NCBI RefSeq assembly: GCF_046540515.1
Contig: NZ_JBKHFB010000001.1
Location: 2,591 to 66,590 of the forward strand
Direction: 5' to 3'
Source: Guyparkeria sp.
Lineage (GTDB): Bacteria; Pseudomonadota; Gammaproteobacteria; Halothiobacillales; Halothiobacillaceae
DNA length: 64,000 nt
The notes beneath the pieces were generated by a model that did no database searches, was not told where the DNA came from, and saw nothing but the letters and a program-made list of their open reading frames with translations. This document shows, piece after piece, positions 37,723 through 47,638 of this stretch. Each line of letters begins with the position of its first letter. The stretch's first letter is position 1. The position numbers were made by a program, and so were the translations under genes.

Positions 37723-39141
37723 ATGCCGCGGCCGCAACCCCTGTGCTGGATCGACAGCGAGGCCCCCGAGGCGTCATTGCTCAACGAGCAATTGATGCTG
37801 CTCGGCTTCGATACCTGTGTAGGCCCGGATTCGTGCGAAACGAATTCCCCCCTGTGTCGCCTGACGTTCTCCACCGACGGCATGGACGGGGCGGGTCGAC
37901 GGAGGGAGTCCGTCCCGTGGATCCTGCTGGGGGAGATGGATGCCAGTCCGTCCGTTCGGCCGCAGGCCCAGTTGCCCTGGCCGGTACCGCTGGAGACGCT
38001 GCAAGCGGTGATCGCGCCCATGAAGAGCCGCTGGCACGGCGAGCGCCTGCGGCAGGAGAATCGGGGGCTGATCGGTCGCAGTCCGGCGCTGGAGGCCGTG
38101 CGCCACGAGGTGGCCCAGGTCGCGCCGACGGATGCCACCGTGCTGATCCTGGGCGAGACCGGCACGGGCAAGGAGGTGGTCGCGCGCATGATCCACATGC
38201 TGTCCGATCGCGCCGACAAACCGTTCGTGCCGGTCAACTGCGGCGCGATTCCGGGCGAATTGCTGGAGTCCGAGCTGTTCGGTCATGAAAAGGGCGCCTT
38301 TACCGGGGCGATCACCCAACGCAAGGGGCGCTTCGAACTCGCCCAGGGTGGCACCATCTTCCTCGACGAGATCGGCGACATGCCGTTCTCCATGCAGGTC
38401 AAGATCCTGCGAGTGCTCCAGGAGCGCAAGTTCGAACGCGTCGGTGGCAGCATGTCGTTCGATGCCGACGTGCGGATCGTGGCGGCCACTCACCGCGACC
38501 TGCTCTCGATGGTCGATGAGGGCAAGTTCCGCCAGGATCTCTACTACCGCCTCAACGTCTTCCCGATCCAGACCCAGCCGCTGCGCGCACTGCGGGACGA
38601 CCTGCCGGAGATCGCCACTGCGTTGGTCGAGCGATTGCGTCGCGACGGGCGTCCAGCCCCGGAACTGACCGACGCCGTCGTCTCGACGCTCAAGCAACAT
38701 GACTGGCCCGGCAACGTGCGCGAACTGGCCAACGTGCTCGAGCGCATCGGCATCCTCGCGGCAGACCGCCCGGCCCGCATCTCGGATCTGCCCGCCCACC
38801 TGCAGCATCTCGGTCCGGCAGAGCTCGAAACGGCACCCAACGCAAGCCACGAACCGGATCAAGTCGCCGCCGAGCGCCTTGATCCGGACCCGCGCAGCAT
38901 CTGGTCGCTGACAGAGAATCTCGGGCCGCGATTGCCGCTTACCCCCGAGGAGGTCGAGGACTGCGATCTGACCCTGCCGGAGGACGGCATTTCGTTGAAA
39001 GGGCAGCTCGAGGCGATCGAGCAGGCCTGGATCCAGGCCGCCCTGTCTCAGGCCGATGCCGTGGTCGCCCGCGCCGCGCGGCTGCTCGGCATCCGTCGTA
39101 CCACGCTGGTCGAGAAGATGCGCAAGTACCAGATCGGCTGA
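37723..39141 (+). CDS. fleQ: sigma54-dependent flagellar master regulator FleQ/FlrA
   Basis: AGGAG RBS; [29 protein letters not shown]; FleQ-type [26 protein letters not shown]; upstream of fliE. Confidence 0.9.
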   Translation: MPRPQPLCWIDSEAPEASLLNEQLMLLGFDTCVGPDSCETNSPLCRLTFSTDGMDGAGRRRESVPWILLGEMDASPSVRPQAQLPWPVPLETLQAVIAPMKSRWHGERLRQENRGLIGRSPALEAVRHEVAQVAPTDATVLILGETGTGKEVVARMIHMLSDRADKPFVPVNCGAIPGELLESELFGHEKGAFTGAITQRKGRFELAQGGTIFLDEIGDMPFSMQVKILRVLQERKFERVGGSMSFDADVRIVAATHRDLLSMVDEGKFRQDLYYRLNVFPIQTQPLRALRDDLPEIATALVERLRRDGRPAPELTDAVVSTLKQHDWPGNVRELANVLERIGILAADRPARISDLPAHLQHLGPAELETAPNASHEPDQVAAERLDPDPRSIWSLTENLGPRLPLTPEEVEDCDLTLPEDGISLKGQLEAIEQAWIQAALSQADAVVARAARLLGIRRTTLVEKMRKYQIG

Positions 39142-39164
39142 CCGCCGAGTGGCTGGCCTGGATT

Positions 39165-39180
39165 TGGCACACCTCGTGCA
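39165..39180 (+). promoter_or_regulatory. sigma54 promoter of the fliEFGHIJK operon
   Basis: TGGCACACCTCGTGCA = GG-N10-GC, ending 44 nt before fliE. Confidence 0.85.
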
Positions 39181-39224
39181 AGTGACTGCGCACGTCAATT
39201 CGCGACAGTCAACGAGGTGGGTCC

Positions 39225-39578
39225 ATGAGCGGCAACGACATGTCCGTCGACCAGATCCTTTCCCAGATGCAGCAGCTGCGCACCCAGGCGACCCAGCGGC
39301 CGGCCGGTCCGGAGGCCGTCAATCCCGCGGCGCAGGGCGTCAATGAGGTCGAGCGCAGCAGTTTCGCCGATGCGCTCACCCAGGCGGTCGGCCAGGTCAA
39401 CGAGTCCCAGCAGACGGCCGCTGATCTCAGGAACCGGCTCCAGGCGGGCGACGACAACGTGACGCTCACCGAGGTCATGCTCGCCTCGCAGCGATCTTCC
39501 GTGGCCTTCGAGGCGACCCTGCAGGTACGCAACCGATTGGTTCAGGCCTACGAGAAGGTCATGAACATGCCGCTTTAA
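39225..39578 (+). CDS. fliE: Flagellar hook-basal body protein
   Basis: SFADAL..AV..VN..Q, L.EVMLASQRSSVAF.ATLQVRNRLV.AY..VMNMPL. Confidence 0.95.
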   Translation: MSGNDMSVDQILSQMQQLRTQATQRPAGPEAVNPAAQGVNEVERSSFADALTQAVGQVNESQQTAADLRNRLQAGDDNVTLTEVMLASQRSSVAFEATLQVRNRLVQAYEKVMNMPL

Positions 39579-39629
39579 TGCCGCGTTCCACTCCCGTCAC
39601 CCGTGTTTCCCTGATTCGGACGTAACGTC

Positions 39630-41414
39630 ATGGCCCAAGGTTCAGCTATCACCACCACCCCGACCGGAAGCGGCGAGAGCCCCCGCTGGATCCGCCAGAT
39701 GGATGCGTTCACGCAGTCGTCAAGTTTCCGGCAGTTGCTCCTGCTGATCGCACTGGCGGCGGTGATTTCGTTCATGGTCGGTTTCTTCCTCTGGGGTAGC
39801 GGCAAGTCGATGGTGCCGCTCTATCAGTCTCTGGACGCCCAGTCCTCCGCCGAGGTGGTCGAAGCGCTCAAGGCCGCGGGCGAACCCTACGAGCTGGCCG
39901 ACGACGGCACGGTGATGGTGGGCGCGGATCGACTGCCCGAGATCCGCATGCTGATGGCGCAGCAAGGGTTGCCGGGCAGTGATGGCGTGGGCCTGGAAAT
40001 GCTCAACGAGGATCAGTCGCTGGGTACCAGCCAATTCATGGAGCAAGCGCGCTATCGCCGGGCGATCGAGACCGAGCTGGCCCGCTCCATTCAGACGATC
40101 GGTGCCATCCGTGCCGCGCGCGTGCACATCGCCCAGCCCGAGAAGTCGGTGTTCGTGCGTGATCGTGAGACACCGACTGCCTCGGTGGTGGTCGACATCA
40201 AGGGGGGCAGCAACCTCGGTCGAGGCCAGGTCAATGGCATCGTCCACCTGGTTGCCTCGAGTATCAACGACCTTTCCCCCGAGAACGTAAGCGTGGTGGA
40301 CCAGGGCGGCAACCTTCTGACCAACGATGGTGACGATGCCGCCGGCATGGGGCTGACCAGCCGCCAGTTCCAGTACCGTCAGAATCTTGAGCAGGCCTAC
40401 GCCCGCCGGATCGAATCGCTGCTCGCACCGATCGTGGGCTCGGACCGCGTTCGGGCCCAGGTCTCTGCGGAGATCGATTTTTCACGCCGCGAGGGAACCA
40501 GTCAGACCTATGGACCGGACGAGGGTGTCCTGCTGAGCGAGCAGATCAATGAAACCATCCGTTCGCTGGGTGGAGGCGAGGGCATCGTGGGTGTGCCGGG
40601 CGCGATCGCCAACCAGCCGCCAGGCGGTGGCGAGGTCAATCCGGATGGGGGCGAGGGTGGCCTGGTGCCCCCGCAGGACCTGAGCGTCGAGGAGTTCCAG
40701 ACGCTGGCGCAGACGCCGATCGACAGCGACCGCAACGAGACGCGTAACTACAACGTCGATCGCAATATCGAACACACCCAGTTCGCCAGTGGCAAGATCG
40801 AGAAGCTCAATGTCGCCGTCCTGCTCGACGAGAACGCGACCGGCGGCGGTGACGCAGCCGAGGACGAGAACGAGGAGGCCGCCGAGGCCGCTGCCGAGGA
40901 GCGCGCCGAGCGCCTCGAGCAGATGCGTGCGCTGGTGGCCCAGTCCGTCGGTATCGACGACGCGCGTGGCGACGAGGTCACCCTGAGCACCTTCCCGTTC
41001 GTCGACCAGGACATCGAGCCGGTTACCACGCCGGTCTGGGAACAGGGCTGGTTCTGGGCCACGTTGAAGAACGCCGGCATCGGCCTTGCGATGCTGCTGG
41101 TCTTCCTCTTGGTGGCCCGCCCCCTCCTCAAGATGCTTGCCGAGAGTCGTCGCGAACGTGTCGCCTCCTCGACCGAGCTCACCGATCAGTCGGGGCAGCA
41201 GGGCTCGCAGTACACTATGCCGACGCAGTACCCGGACGAGCGCCGTGCCCAGTCGGAGGGTGAGGCATACGACGAGGATGACCTCTCCAACGTGCCCGAG
41301 CTGATCGGCAATGCCAGCTACACTGACAAGCTGCGCCAGTTGCGCAAGAGCGTGAATCACGATCCCAAGGCGGTCGCGGCCGTGATCAAGCAGTGGACCC
41401 ACGAGGAGAACTGA
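39630..41414 (+). CDS. fliF: Flagellar MS-ring protein
   Basis: Two TM helices; GTSQFME, ELARSI, ARVHIA.P..SVFVR, ASVVV, GVPGA.ANQPP. Confidence 0.95.
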   Translation: MAQGSAITTTPTGSGESPRWIRQMDAFTQSSSFRQLLLLIALAAVISFMVGFFLWGSGKSMVPLYQSLDAQSSAEVVEALKAAGEPYELADDGTVMVGADRLPEIRMLMAQQGLPGSDGVGLEMLNEDQSLGTSQFMEQARYRRAIETELARSIQTIGAIRAARVHIAQPEKSVFVRDRETPTASVVVDIKGGSNLGRGQVNGIVHLVASSINDLSPENVSVVDQGGNLLTNDGDDAAGMGLTSRQFQYRQNLEQAYARRIESLLAPIVGSDRVRAQVSAEIDFSRREGTSQTYGPDEGVLLSEQINETIRSLGGGEGIVGVPGAIANQPPGGGEVNPDGGEGGLVPPQDLSVEEFQTLAQTPIDSDRNETRNYNVDRNIEHTQFASGKIEKLNVAVLLDENATGGGDAAEDENEEAAEAAAEERAERLEQMRALVAQSVGIDDARGDEVTLSTFPFVDQDIEPVTTPVWEQGWFWATLKNAGIGLAMLLVFLLVARPLLKMLAESRRERVASSTELTDQSGQQGSQYTMPTQYPDERRAQSEGEAYDEDDLSNVPELIGNASYTDKLRQLRKSVNHDPKAVAAVIKQWTHEEN

Positions 41415-41420
41415 TTTCCC

Positions 41421-42461
41421 ATGGCCCAGGCACTCGATACCAATCTCCCGCAGGAAAGCCCGCTGGCCGGCCTGAAGGGACCGGAAAAGGCCGCCATCCT
41501 GATGATGGCGCTGGGCGAGGAGTCCGCGGCGCATATCTTCGCTCACCTCGACCCACGCGAGGTGCAGAAGATCGGCCAGGCGATGGCCGTGCTGAAAACC
41601 GTCACCCGCCCGCAGATCCAAGCCGCGCTGGACGAGTTTTCCGACGACCTGGAGAACCAGACCGGTCTGGCACTGGGCTCGAACGACTACATCCGCAACG
41701 TGCTGACTCGCGCGTTGGGCGAGGACAAGGCCGCCGGCCTACTCGAGCGGATCTCGTCGCAGGGCAATCGGCGCAACCTCGAGTTCCTCAAGTGGATGGA
41801 TGCGCGTTCGATCGCCGAGATCATCCGTTACGAACACCCGCAGATCATCGCCATCGTGCTCTCGCACCTGGAAAGCGACCAGGCCGCCGAGATCCTGCAG
41901 ATGCTGCCCGAGAACACCCGCACCGACATCGTGCTGCGCATCGCGCATCTCGAGGGGGTCTCGCCGCAGGCCCTCGAGGAGCTCGACGACATCATGGAGC
42001 GCCAGGCTTCCGGCACCCAGGGCGGCAAGTCCTCCAAGGTCGGTGGCGTCAAGATCGCGGCCGGCATCATGAACTTCCTCGAGTCCAACGTCGAAGAGGA
42101 GCTGATGGGACGCGTCAAGGAGACCGACGAGGAGCTGGGCACCCAGATCGAGGACCTGATGTTCGTCTTCGCCAACCTGGTTGACGTCGAGGACCGCAGC
42201 CTGCAGATCCTGCTGCGCGAGGTGCCGGCCGACAAGTTGCTGCTGGCGATGAAGGGCGCCGATTCGGAGCTCAAGGAAAAGATCTTCGGCAACATGTCCC
42301 GGCGTGCCGCCGAGATGATGCGCGACGATCTCGAGACCCTCGGCCCGACACGTCTGGCCGATGTGGAGGCTGCGCAGAAGGAGATCCTGCAGGTGGCCCG
42401 TGCGCTGGCCGACGAAGGCAAGATTGCCCTGGGTGGCGGAGGTGGCGATGAGTTCATCTGA
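41421..42461 (+). CDS. fliG: Flagellar motor switch protein
   Basis: KAAILMM.LGE, EHPQ, GGVK, MFVF, NMSRRAA, VE.AQ.EI. Confidence 0.97.
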   Translation: MAQALDTNLPQESPLAGLKGPEKAAILMMALGEESAAHIFAHLDPREVQKIGQAMAVLKTVTRPQIQAALDEFSDDLENQTGLALGSNDYIRNVLTRALGEDKAAGLLERISSQGNRRNLEFLKWMDARSIAEIIRYEHPQIIAIVLSHLESDQAAEILQMLPENTRTDIVLRIAHLEGVSPQALEELDDIMERQASGTQGGKSSKVGGVKIAAGIMNFLESNVEEELMGRVKETDEELGTQIEDLMFVFANLVDVEDRSLQILLREVPADKLLLAMKGADSELKEKIFGNMSRRAAEMMRDDLETLGPTRLADVEAAQKEILQVARALADEGKIALGGGGGDEFI

Positions 42462-43302
42462 CGACGCCCCGACGCTCACCCGTCCGCTCGAGGCCAACGA
42501 CTGGCAGGAACTGGTGGACGCCTGGGAACTGCCGGATTTCAGTGTCGAGCCGGCCGAGGAGTCGGCCGACGAGCTCGACCCGGCCACCGCCGAGGAGCTC
42601 GCCAAGGCCCGTGCCGAGGCCGAGACGCGCGGTTACGAGGCGGGACTGCAGAAGGGACGCGACGCGGGCTACCGGGAGGGCATGGCCGCCGCCCGGGAAG
42701 AGATCGAGGCGATCGAGAACCGGCTGCGCGGCTGGCTTTCGCACCTGGAGCGGCCATTGGCGCTGCTCGACGACGAGGTCACCGAGCAGCTCACGGCGCT
42801 GGCTACCCAGATCGCCCGGGTGATGGTGGCCCGCGAGGTGCAGGTGGACAACAGCGGGCTGCCGGCGATCGCCCGCGAGGCCCTGTCGGCCCTGCCGGTG
42901 TCGGTGCGCTCGGTGACCCTGCGGTGTGCCCCGGCCGATGAGTCGGCCCTGCACGAGATCCTGGACGACCCGCGTTTCGAGTCGATCGACCTGCGTGCCG
43001 ATGCAACGGTCAGTGCCGGTGGCGTGGTGGTCGAATCGGGCGATGCGCGCGTGGATGCCAGCCTGGCCAACCGCTGGGCGGCGACCCTGGATCACCTGAT
43101 CGGTCGGGTCTATCCGGGACCGGAGCAGCCGGTCCCCGCGAGCGACACGGCCCGGGCGGCCCGGGCGACGGCGCAGGGCGACCGGCCCGACGAGGCTGCT
43201 CCATCCGACCAGCCGGCGAGCCCCAGGGGCGAGTCGGCGCCAGCGGCCAGCTCGACCCCGGAACGCGATGAACCCCCGGCCGAGGAGCGCGGCGATGACT
43301 GA
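42448..43302 (+). CDS. fliH: Flagellar assembly protein
   Basis: W.LPDF N-terminus, AxxxGxxxG repeats (GYEAGLQKGRDAGYREG), GGVVVES...VDASL..RW. Confidence 0.88.
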   Translation: MSSSDDAPTLTRPLEANDWQELVDAWELPDFSVEPAEESADELDPATAEELAKARAEAETRGYEAGLQKGRDAGYREGMAAAREEIEAIENRLRGWLSHLERPLALLDDEVTEQLTALATQIARVMVAREVQVDNSGLPAIAREALSALPVSVRSVTLRCAPADESALHEILDDPRFESIDLRADATVSAGGVVVESGDARVDASLANRWAATLDHLIGRVYPGPEQPVPASDTARAARATAQGDRPDEAAPSDQPASPRGESAPAASSTPERDEPPAEERGDD

Positions 43303-44659
43303 TCCCGGCTTGCGCGATCCCACCATGGATGTGTCCCTGAACTGGGCGCGACGCCTGATGGGCACGACCGCGCGCGTCGACGCCCCGGCGGCGGCCTCCG
43401 AGGGCCGGATCGTCCGGGTCGTGGGCCTGGCGCTGGAGGCGCGTGGACTCTCGGCGCTCATCGGGGACCAGTGCGAGGTAACCGACCCGCAGGGGCGGCG
43501 CTTCGAGGCCGAGGTGGTCGGGTTCGCCGAGGAGGCGACCTACCTGATGCCGCTGGAGACCACGCAGGGGGTCGGTCCGGGCTGCCGGGTGAAGAATCTG
43601 GGTGCGGCCAGCCGTGTGCCGATGGGCGAACAACTGCTCGGCCGGGTCCTCGATGCCCGCGGCCGGCCGATCGACGATGGCGATCGCCTTACCGGCGATG
43701 CCTCGGTCAACCTGCAGGGGCGACCGATAAACCCCTTGAAGCGACGCGAGATCACCGAGCCGCTCGACGTGGGCGTGCGGGCGATCAACGCGCTGATGAC
43801 GGTCGGCCGTGGGCAGCGCATGGGCATCTTTGCCGGCTCGGGCGTGGGCAAGAGTGTGCTGCTCGGCATGATGACCCGCTACACGCGGGCCCAGATCATC
43901 GTGGTGGGGCTGGTCGGCGAGCGGGGCCGCGAGGTGGCCGAGTTCGTCAGCGAGATCCTGGATGACGAGGCCCGCCAGCGGGCGGTCGTGGTGGCCGCAC
44001 CGGCCGACAGTTCCGCGCTGATGCGCCTGCACGGGGCGAACCTCGCCAGCTCGATCGCCGAGCATTTCCGCGACCAGGGCTTCGACGTGCTGCTCCTGAT
44101 GGATTCGCTGACCCGCTACGCCCAGGCCCAGCGCGAGATCGGGCTGGCGATCGGCGAGCCGCCGGCGACCAAGGGTTACCCCCCGTCTGTGTTCGCCCAC
44201 CTGCCCAAGCTGGTGGAGCGGGCCGGCAACAGCGAGAACCGCCAGGGAAGTCTGACCGCGTTCTACACGGTGCTGGTCGAGGGCGACGACCTGAACGACC
44301 CGGTGGCCGACGCCGCCCGCGCGATCCTCGACGGGCACATCGTGCTCTCGCGCGAGATCGCCGAGCGGGGCCGCTTCCCCGCGATCGACGTCGAGGCGTC
44401 GATTTCCCGGCTGATGCCAAAGCTGGTCGACCCGGATCATCTATCCTTGATGAGACGATTCAAGGAGTTGGCGTCCACCTACCGCGAGAACCGCGACCTG
44501 ATCGCGGTCGGCGCCTACCGCCGTGGTCAGGACGCGCGTCTCGACCGGGTGATCGACATCCAGCCCGATCTCGAGGCGTTCCTGTCGCAACCGATGGACG
44601 AACCGGCCGACATGGCCTCGAGCATCGACGCGCTGGTCGACCTGCTGCATTCGGATTGA
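43295..44659 (+). CDS. fliI: Flagellar export ATPase
   Basis: GIFAGSGVGKS, GERGREV, DSLTRYA.AQREI, KGYPPSVF, ILDGHIVL. Confidence 0.97.
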   Translation: MTDPGLRDPTMDVSLNWARRLMGTTARVDAPAAASEGRIVRVVGLALEARGLSALIGDQCEVTDPQGRRFEAEVVGFAEEATYLMPLETTQGVGPGCRVKNLGAASRVPMGEQLLGRVLDARGRPIDDGDRLTGDASVNLQGRPINPLKRREITEPLDVGVRAINALMTVGRGQRMGIFAGSGVGKSVLLGMMTRYTRAQIIVVGLVGERGREVAEFVSEILDDEARQRAVVVAAPADSSALMRLHGANLASSIAEHFRDQGFDVLLLMDSLTRYAQAQREIGLAIGEPPATKGYPPSVFAHLPKLVERAGNSENRQGSLTAFYTVLVEGDDLNDPVADAARAILDGHIVLSREIAERGRFPAIDVEASISRLMPKLVDPDHLSLMRRFKELASTYRENRDLIAVGAYRRGQDARLDRVIDIQPDLEAFLSQPMDEPADMASSIDALVDLLHSD

Positions 44660-44673
44660 CGGGGTAAACGGGC

Positions 44674-45141
44674 ATGAGTGACACGCAGCGATTGAAATCC
44701 CTGGGCAACGCCGGGCGGGTGATGGGCCATCAGGCGGATCTCGCCAGCCGTCGTCGTCGCGAGGCGCAGCGCGAGCTCGACGCCCAGCGCCAGCGCCTGG
44801 CGGACCTGGAAGGCTACTTCACCGAATACACCAATAACCTGGGCTTCGCCGCCGAGGGACGTAATCGCGCCTTCGCGTTGCAGAACTACCGCCAGTTCAT
44901 GGCTCGGATCGAGGAGACCATCGAGCATCAGCGCAAGGTGGTCCACGATCTCGAAGAGCGGCTGAACAAACGGGCGAACGACGCCCGCGAGGCGCATGCG
45001 CGCAACGAATCGGTCGACCGTCTGAGTCAGCGTTACCGCGACTCGATCCGGCGGCGGGCCGATCGGGCCGAGCAGCAGGTGATGGATCAGCATGGCGCGG
45101 CCAAGGCCGCGCACGGGGGCGGAACAGGGGGTGTGCGATGA
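44674..45141 (+). CDS. fliJ: Flagellar export protein
   Basis: Coiled coil with L..Y..EY, NYRQF..RI...I..Q, EQ..MD; located after fliI. Confidence 0.88.
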   Translation: MSDTQRLKSLGNAGRVMGHQADLASRRRREAQRELDAQRQRLADLEGYFTEYTNNLGFAAEGRNRAFALQNYRQFMARIEETIEHQRKVVHDLEERLNKRANDAREAHARNESVDRLSQRYRDSIRRRADRAEQQVMDQHGAAKAAHGGGTGGVR

Positions 45142-46856
45142 GTCAGATCGGTGAAGGCAAGGCGGCGATCGAGGGCCTCGGTCGCCTGCTGGGCGCAGGC
45201 GAGGGCAAGGCGGGGCGACTGCCCGCCGGCCTTGGCGGTGGAGCGCGTGAGGAATTCGCCCGACTGATGGCCTCGGCTCAGGGCCGCTTTCCCACTGACG
45301 GCAAGGCCGGCGAGATGCCCGTGTCCCGGTCGTCGATAGCCGGTCAGCTTGGCCAGCTTGATCAGGGGGGCGAGGAGCTTGCCGAGGCGCTGGCGGGGTT
45401 GGCCGAGCAACTGGCCCAGTTGCGCGAGGCCCTCGGTGGCAAGTCCGGTGACGGTGGGGCGGCCGGCGAATCGTTGCTCGGGGAGGCCGAGTTGGAGGGG
45501 ATGGATGCCCTGCGTTCGGCACTGGACGATCTTTCCGACGACATCGAAGGTCGCCTCGTCCGCCTCGAGGAGATGGCCGGCAAGGCCGGGGACTGGGATG
45601 CGGGTGATGAAATGGGCCGGGGGCCGGTTCAGGGGAAGACGGATCGCGCTGCCGTTGACGACTGGCCGGGTCTGGAGTCGTCTGCATGGGGCGATGTCAG
45701 CGAGTCGTCGAACGGCGAACTCGCCGAGACGATCACGGCCTTGCGTGACGAGGTCGAGGCCCTGACCGAGGCCCTTTCCGGTCTGGAGCAATCGGTCGAG
45801 TCAGGGCAACCGCAAGTGGCCTTGTCGCTCACCGAGTTGACCGAGCGCCTGTCGAGCCTGCGTGAGAGCGTGCTCGAGGCCCGTCGTGAAGGCGGAGCGG
45901 GGCGTTCGGCGATGCCAGCCGGACTGCCGGGGCAACTGCAGGCACTGGAGCAGGCCCTGCAGCGGGCCCAGTCGGCCGCGGGTGGCGAGGCCCAGCTTGC
46001 CCAGACCGCGCAGGCAGCCCGGGGCGCGGGTGCACGTGGCGAGGAGTCGGTCCGGGACGGCAACTGGCGCTTTGCCGAGACGGGGCGACGTTCGGGAGGG
46101 AATGCCGAGTCGGCGCGCCTGGGTGGTGTGGCGGCCGCCGATGCCGGTCGCGATGCCGACTGGTCCGGTGGGCCGGTCAGTGCTGCGCTGGGGCTGACTG
46201 GCCGGGAGTCGCCCGCGCTCGAGCGCGCTTCGCTGACGCGCTGGTCGGTGCTCAACGGCCTGGAGGGCCAGGCGGTCGGGCGAGGCGAGCCGGATTCGCT
46301 CCCGGCGGGCGGGTCGGCTGCCGCGACCGGGGTCGGTGGCAGCCCGTCAGCACCGCTCTCCGGCAGCAGCCCGTCAACCGGGATCTTCACAGGTCAGCCA
46401 GCGACGGGCGCGCCCAATCCGCAGATGCCCGCGCAGCTGGGTCAGCAGATCCAGTGGATGGTGGGCAAGGGGGTTTCCCGAGCGAACATCGAGTTGCGGC
46501 CAGCCGATCTGGGACCGCTGAAGATCGCGATCGAGACCCAGGGCGACGAGACGCGTATCGCGCTGACGGCGACCAATGCCACCGCGCAGGGGCTGCTCGA
46601 GCAGCAGTTGCCCCGCCTGAAGGAATGGTTGCAGGAAGCCGGGCTTGCCGATAGCGAGGTCGAGGTCGGCCTCGGCCAGGAGAGCGATTTCGGTCAGCAG
46701 CTGGCCGATGCCGACGAGGGCGGCCAGGGCAGTGCCGGCGGCGCCGGTGGTGGCGCCGACTCCAGTGGGGGTGAGCAGATCGCCCTGGCTGCCGACGGGA
46801 GCGATGGTGGGGACACCACGGAGGAAGGCCGCCTGGTCCTCGACCTGTTTGCCTGA
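45138..46856 (+). CDS. fliK: Flagellar hook-length control protein
   Basis: Low-complexity body; C-terminal A.IELRP.DLGPL.I...LE.QLPRL...L.EAG; ends LDLFA. Confidence 0.88.
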   Translation: MSQIGEGKAAIEGLGRLLGAGEGKAGRLPAGLGGGAREEFARLMASAQGRFPTDGKAGEMPVSRSSIAGQLGQLDQGGEELAEALAGLAEQLAQLREALGGKSGDGGAAGESLLGEAELEGMDALRSALDDLSDDIEGRLVRLEEMAGKAGDWDAGDEMGRGPVQGKTDRAAVDDWPGLESSAWGDVSESSNGELAETITALRDEVEALTEALSGLEQSVESGQPQVALSLTELTERLSSLRESVLEARREGGAGRSAMPAGLPGQLQALEQALQRAQSAAGGEAQLAQTAQAARGAGARGEESVRDGNWRFAETGRRSGGNAESARLGGVAAADAGRDADWSGGPVSAALGLTGRESPALERASLTRWSVLNGLEGQAVGRGEPDSLPAGGSAAATGVGGSPSAPLSGSSPSTGIFTGQPATGAPNPQMPAQLGQQIQWMVGKGVSRANIELRPADLGPLKIAIETQGDETRIALTATNATAQGLLEQQLPRLKEWLQEAGLADSEVEVGLGQESDFGQQLADADEGGQGSAGGAGGGADSSGGEQIALAADGSDGGDTTEEGRLVLDLFA

Positions 46857-46885
46857 CCGCATTTCAGCGCCTGCCTGCGTTTTTC

Positions 46886-46912
46886 AAAGGGGCCGCCCGG
46901 GCGGCCCCTTTT
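46886..46912 (+). terminator. Intrinsic terminator after fliK
   Basis: AAAGGGGCCGCC-cg-GGCGGCCCCTTTT. Confidence 0.85.
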
Positions 46913-47082
46913 CGCGTTCTCCGGTCGCGTGATTCGTGGCGAATCCGCCAATACATTCCCGCATTCCGGCAAACGAGTGACTCGGGTTCTCGTTTTTTGT
47001 CGGTTTTCTCGATTTCGCTAGGGGAGACCGGAAGGAACTCAGCCGGATTGGTTTTGGGACGCCGGTGATTATGTCGTCGGTA

Positions 47083-47111
47083 TTGACCGGCCTGTGTTAA
47101 TGGGCTAGATT
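47083..47111 (+). promoter_or_regulatory. sigma70 promoter for hns
   Basis: TTGACC-17-TAGATT in a relatively AT-rich intergenic region. Confidence 0.6.
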
Positions 47112-47218
47112 TTCTGGGCATTGGTCCGGGCCAGGGAAAGCGCGGCTTTCATGGCAAAGTATGCCGATTCTAGTGATTTCCATTTCGCCCATTCCTGATT
47201 AAAGGGGTAGTTATCCAG

Positions 47219-47542
47219 ATGAGCCAATTCGACGTAAAGAACCTTTCCGCCGAGGAACTGAAGAAACTGGTCAATGACGCCGAGCAGGCCCTGCGTGAGC
47301 GGAGCAAGCAACGCGTGATGGAGCTGCGCCGCGAAGCCGAGGCGTTGGCGAGCGAGCTCAACACCACCGTGGCCGATATCTTCGGCGTGGAAAAGGGCAG
47401 CAAGCAGGCGGGCAAGAAACTGCCGGCCAAGTACATGAATCCGGCCAACCCGTCTCAGACCTGGTCGGGCCGAGGCAAGCGCCCCAATTGGCTGGTCGAC
47501 GAGCTCAATAAGGGCAAGAAGCTCGAGGACTTCCGTATCTGA
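47219..47542 (+). CDS. hns: H-NS family nucleoid-associated protein
   Basis: PAKYMNPANPSQTWSGRGKRPNWL...LEDF DNA-binding motif. Confidence 0.93.
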   Translation: MSQFDVKNLSAEELKKLVNDAEQALRERSKQRVMELRREAEALASELNTTVADIFGVEKGSKQAGKKLPAKYMNPANPSQTWSGRGKRPNWLVDELNKGKKLEDFRI

Positions 47543-47594
47543 CGGTAACCTCGGATTGCCGTTCGGTTCACGAACGGCACTGTCGGATGTATCC

Positions 47595-47630
47595 AAAAGG
47601 CCTTGTCGCGTGGCAAGGCCTTTTTGTTTT
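47595..47630. terminator. Bidirectional intrinsic terminator
   Basis: AAAAGGCCTTGTC-gcgt-GGCAAGGCCTTTTTGTTTT. Confidence 0.88.
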
Positions 47631-47638
47631 GCGTGATA

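Noticed and set aside
37819-37850. GTAGGCCCGGATTCGTGCGAAACGAATTCC inside fleQ, resembling a REP or the repeat-family end
   Set aside because: It lies in-frame in the coding N-terminal domain with only a short match and no partner arm.
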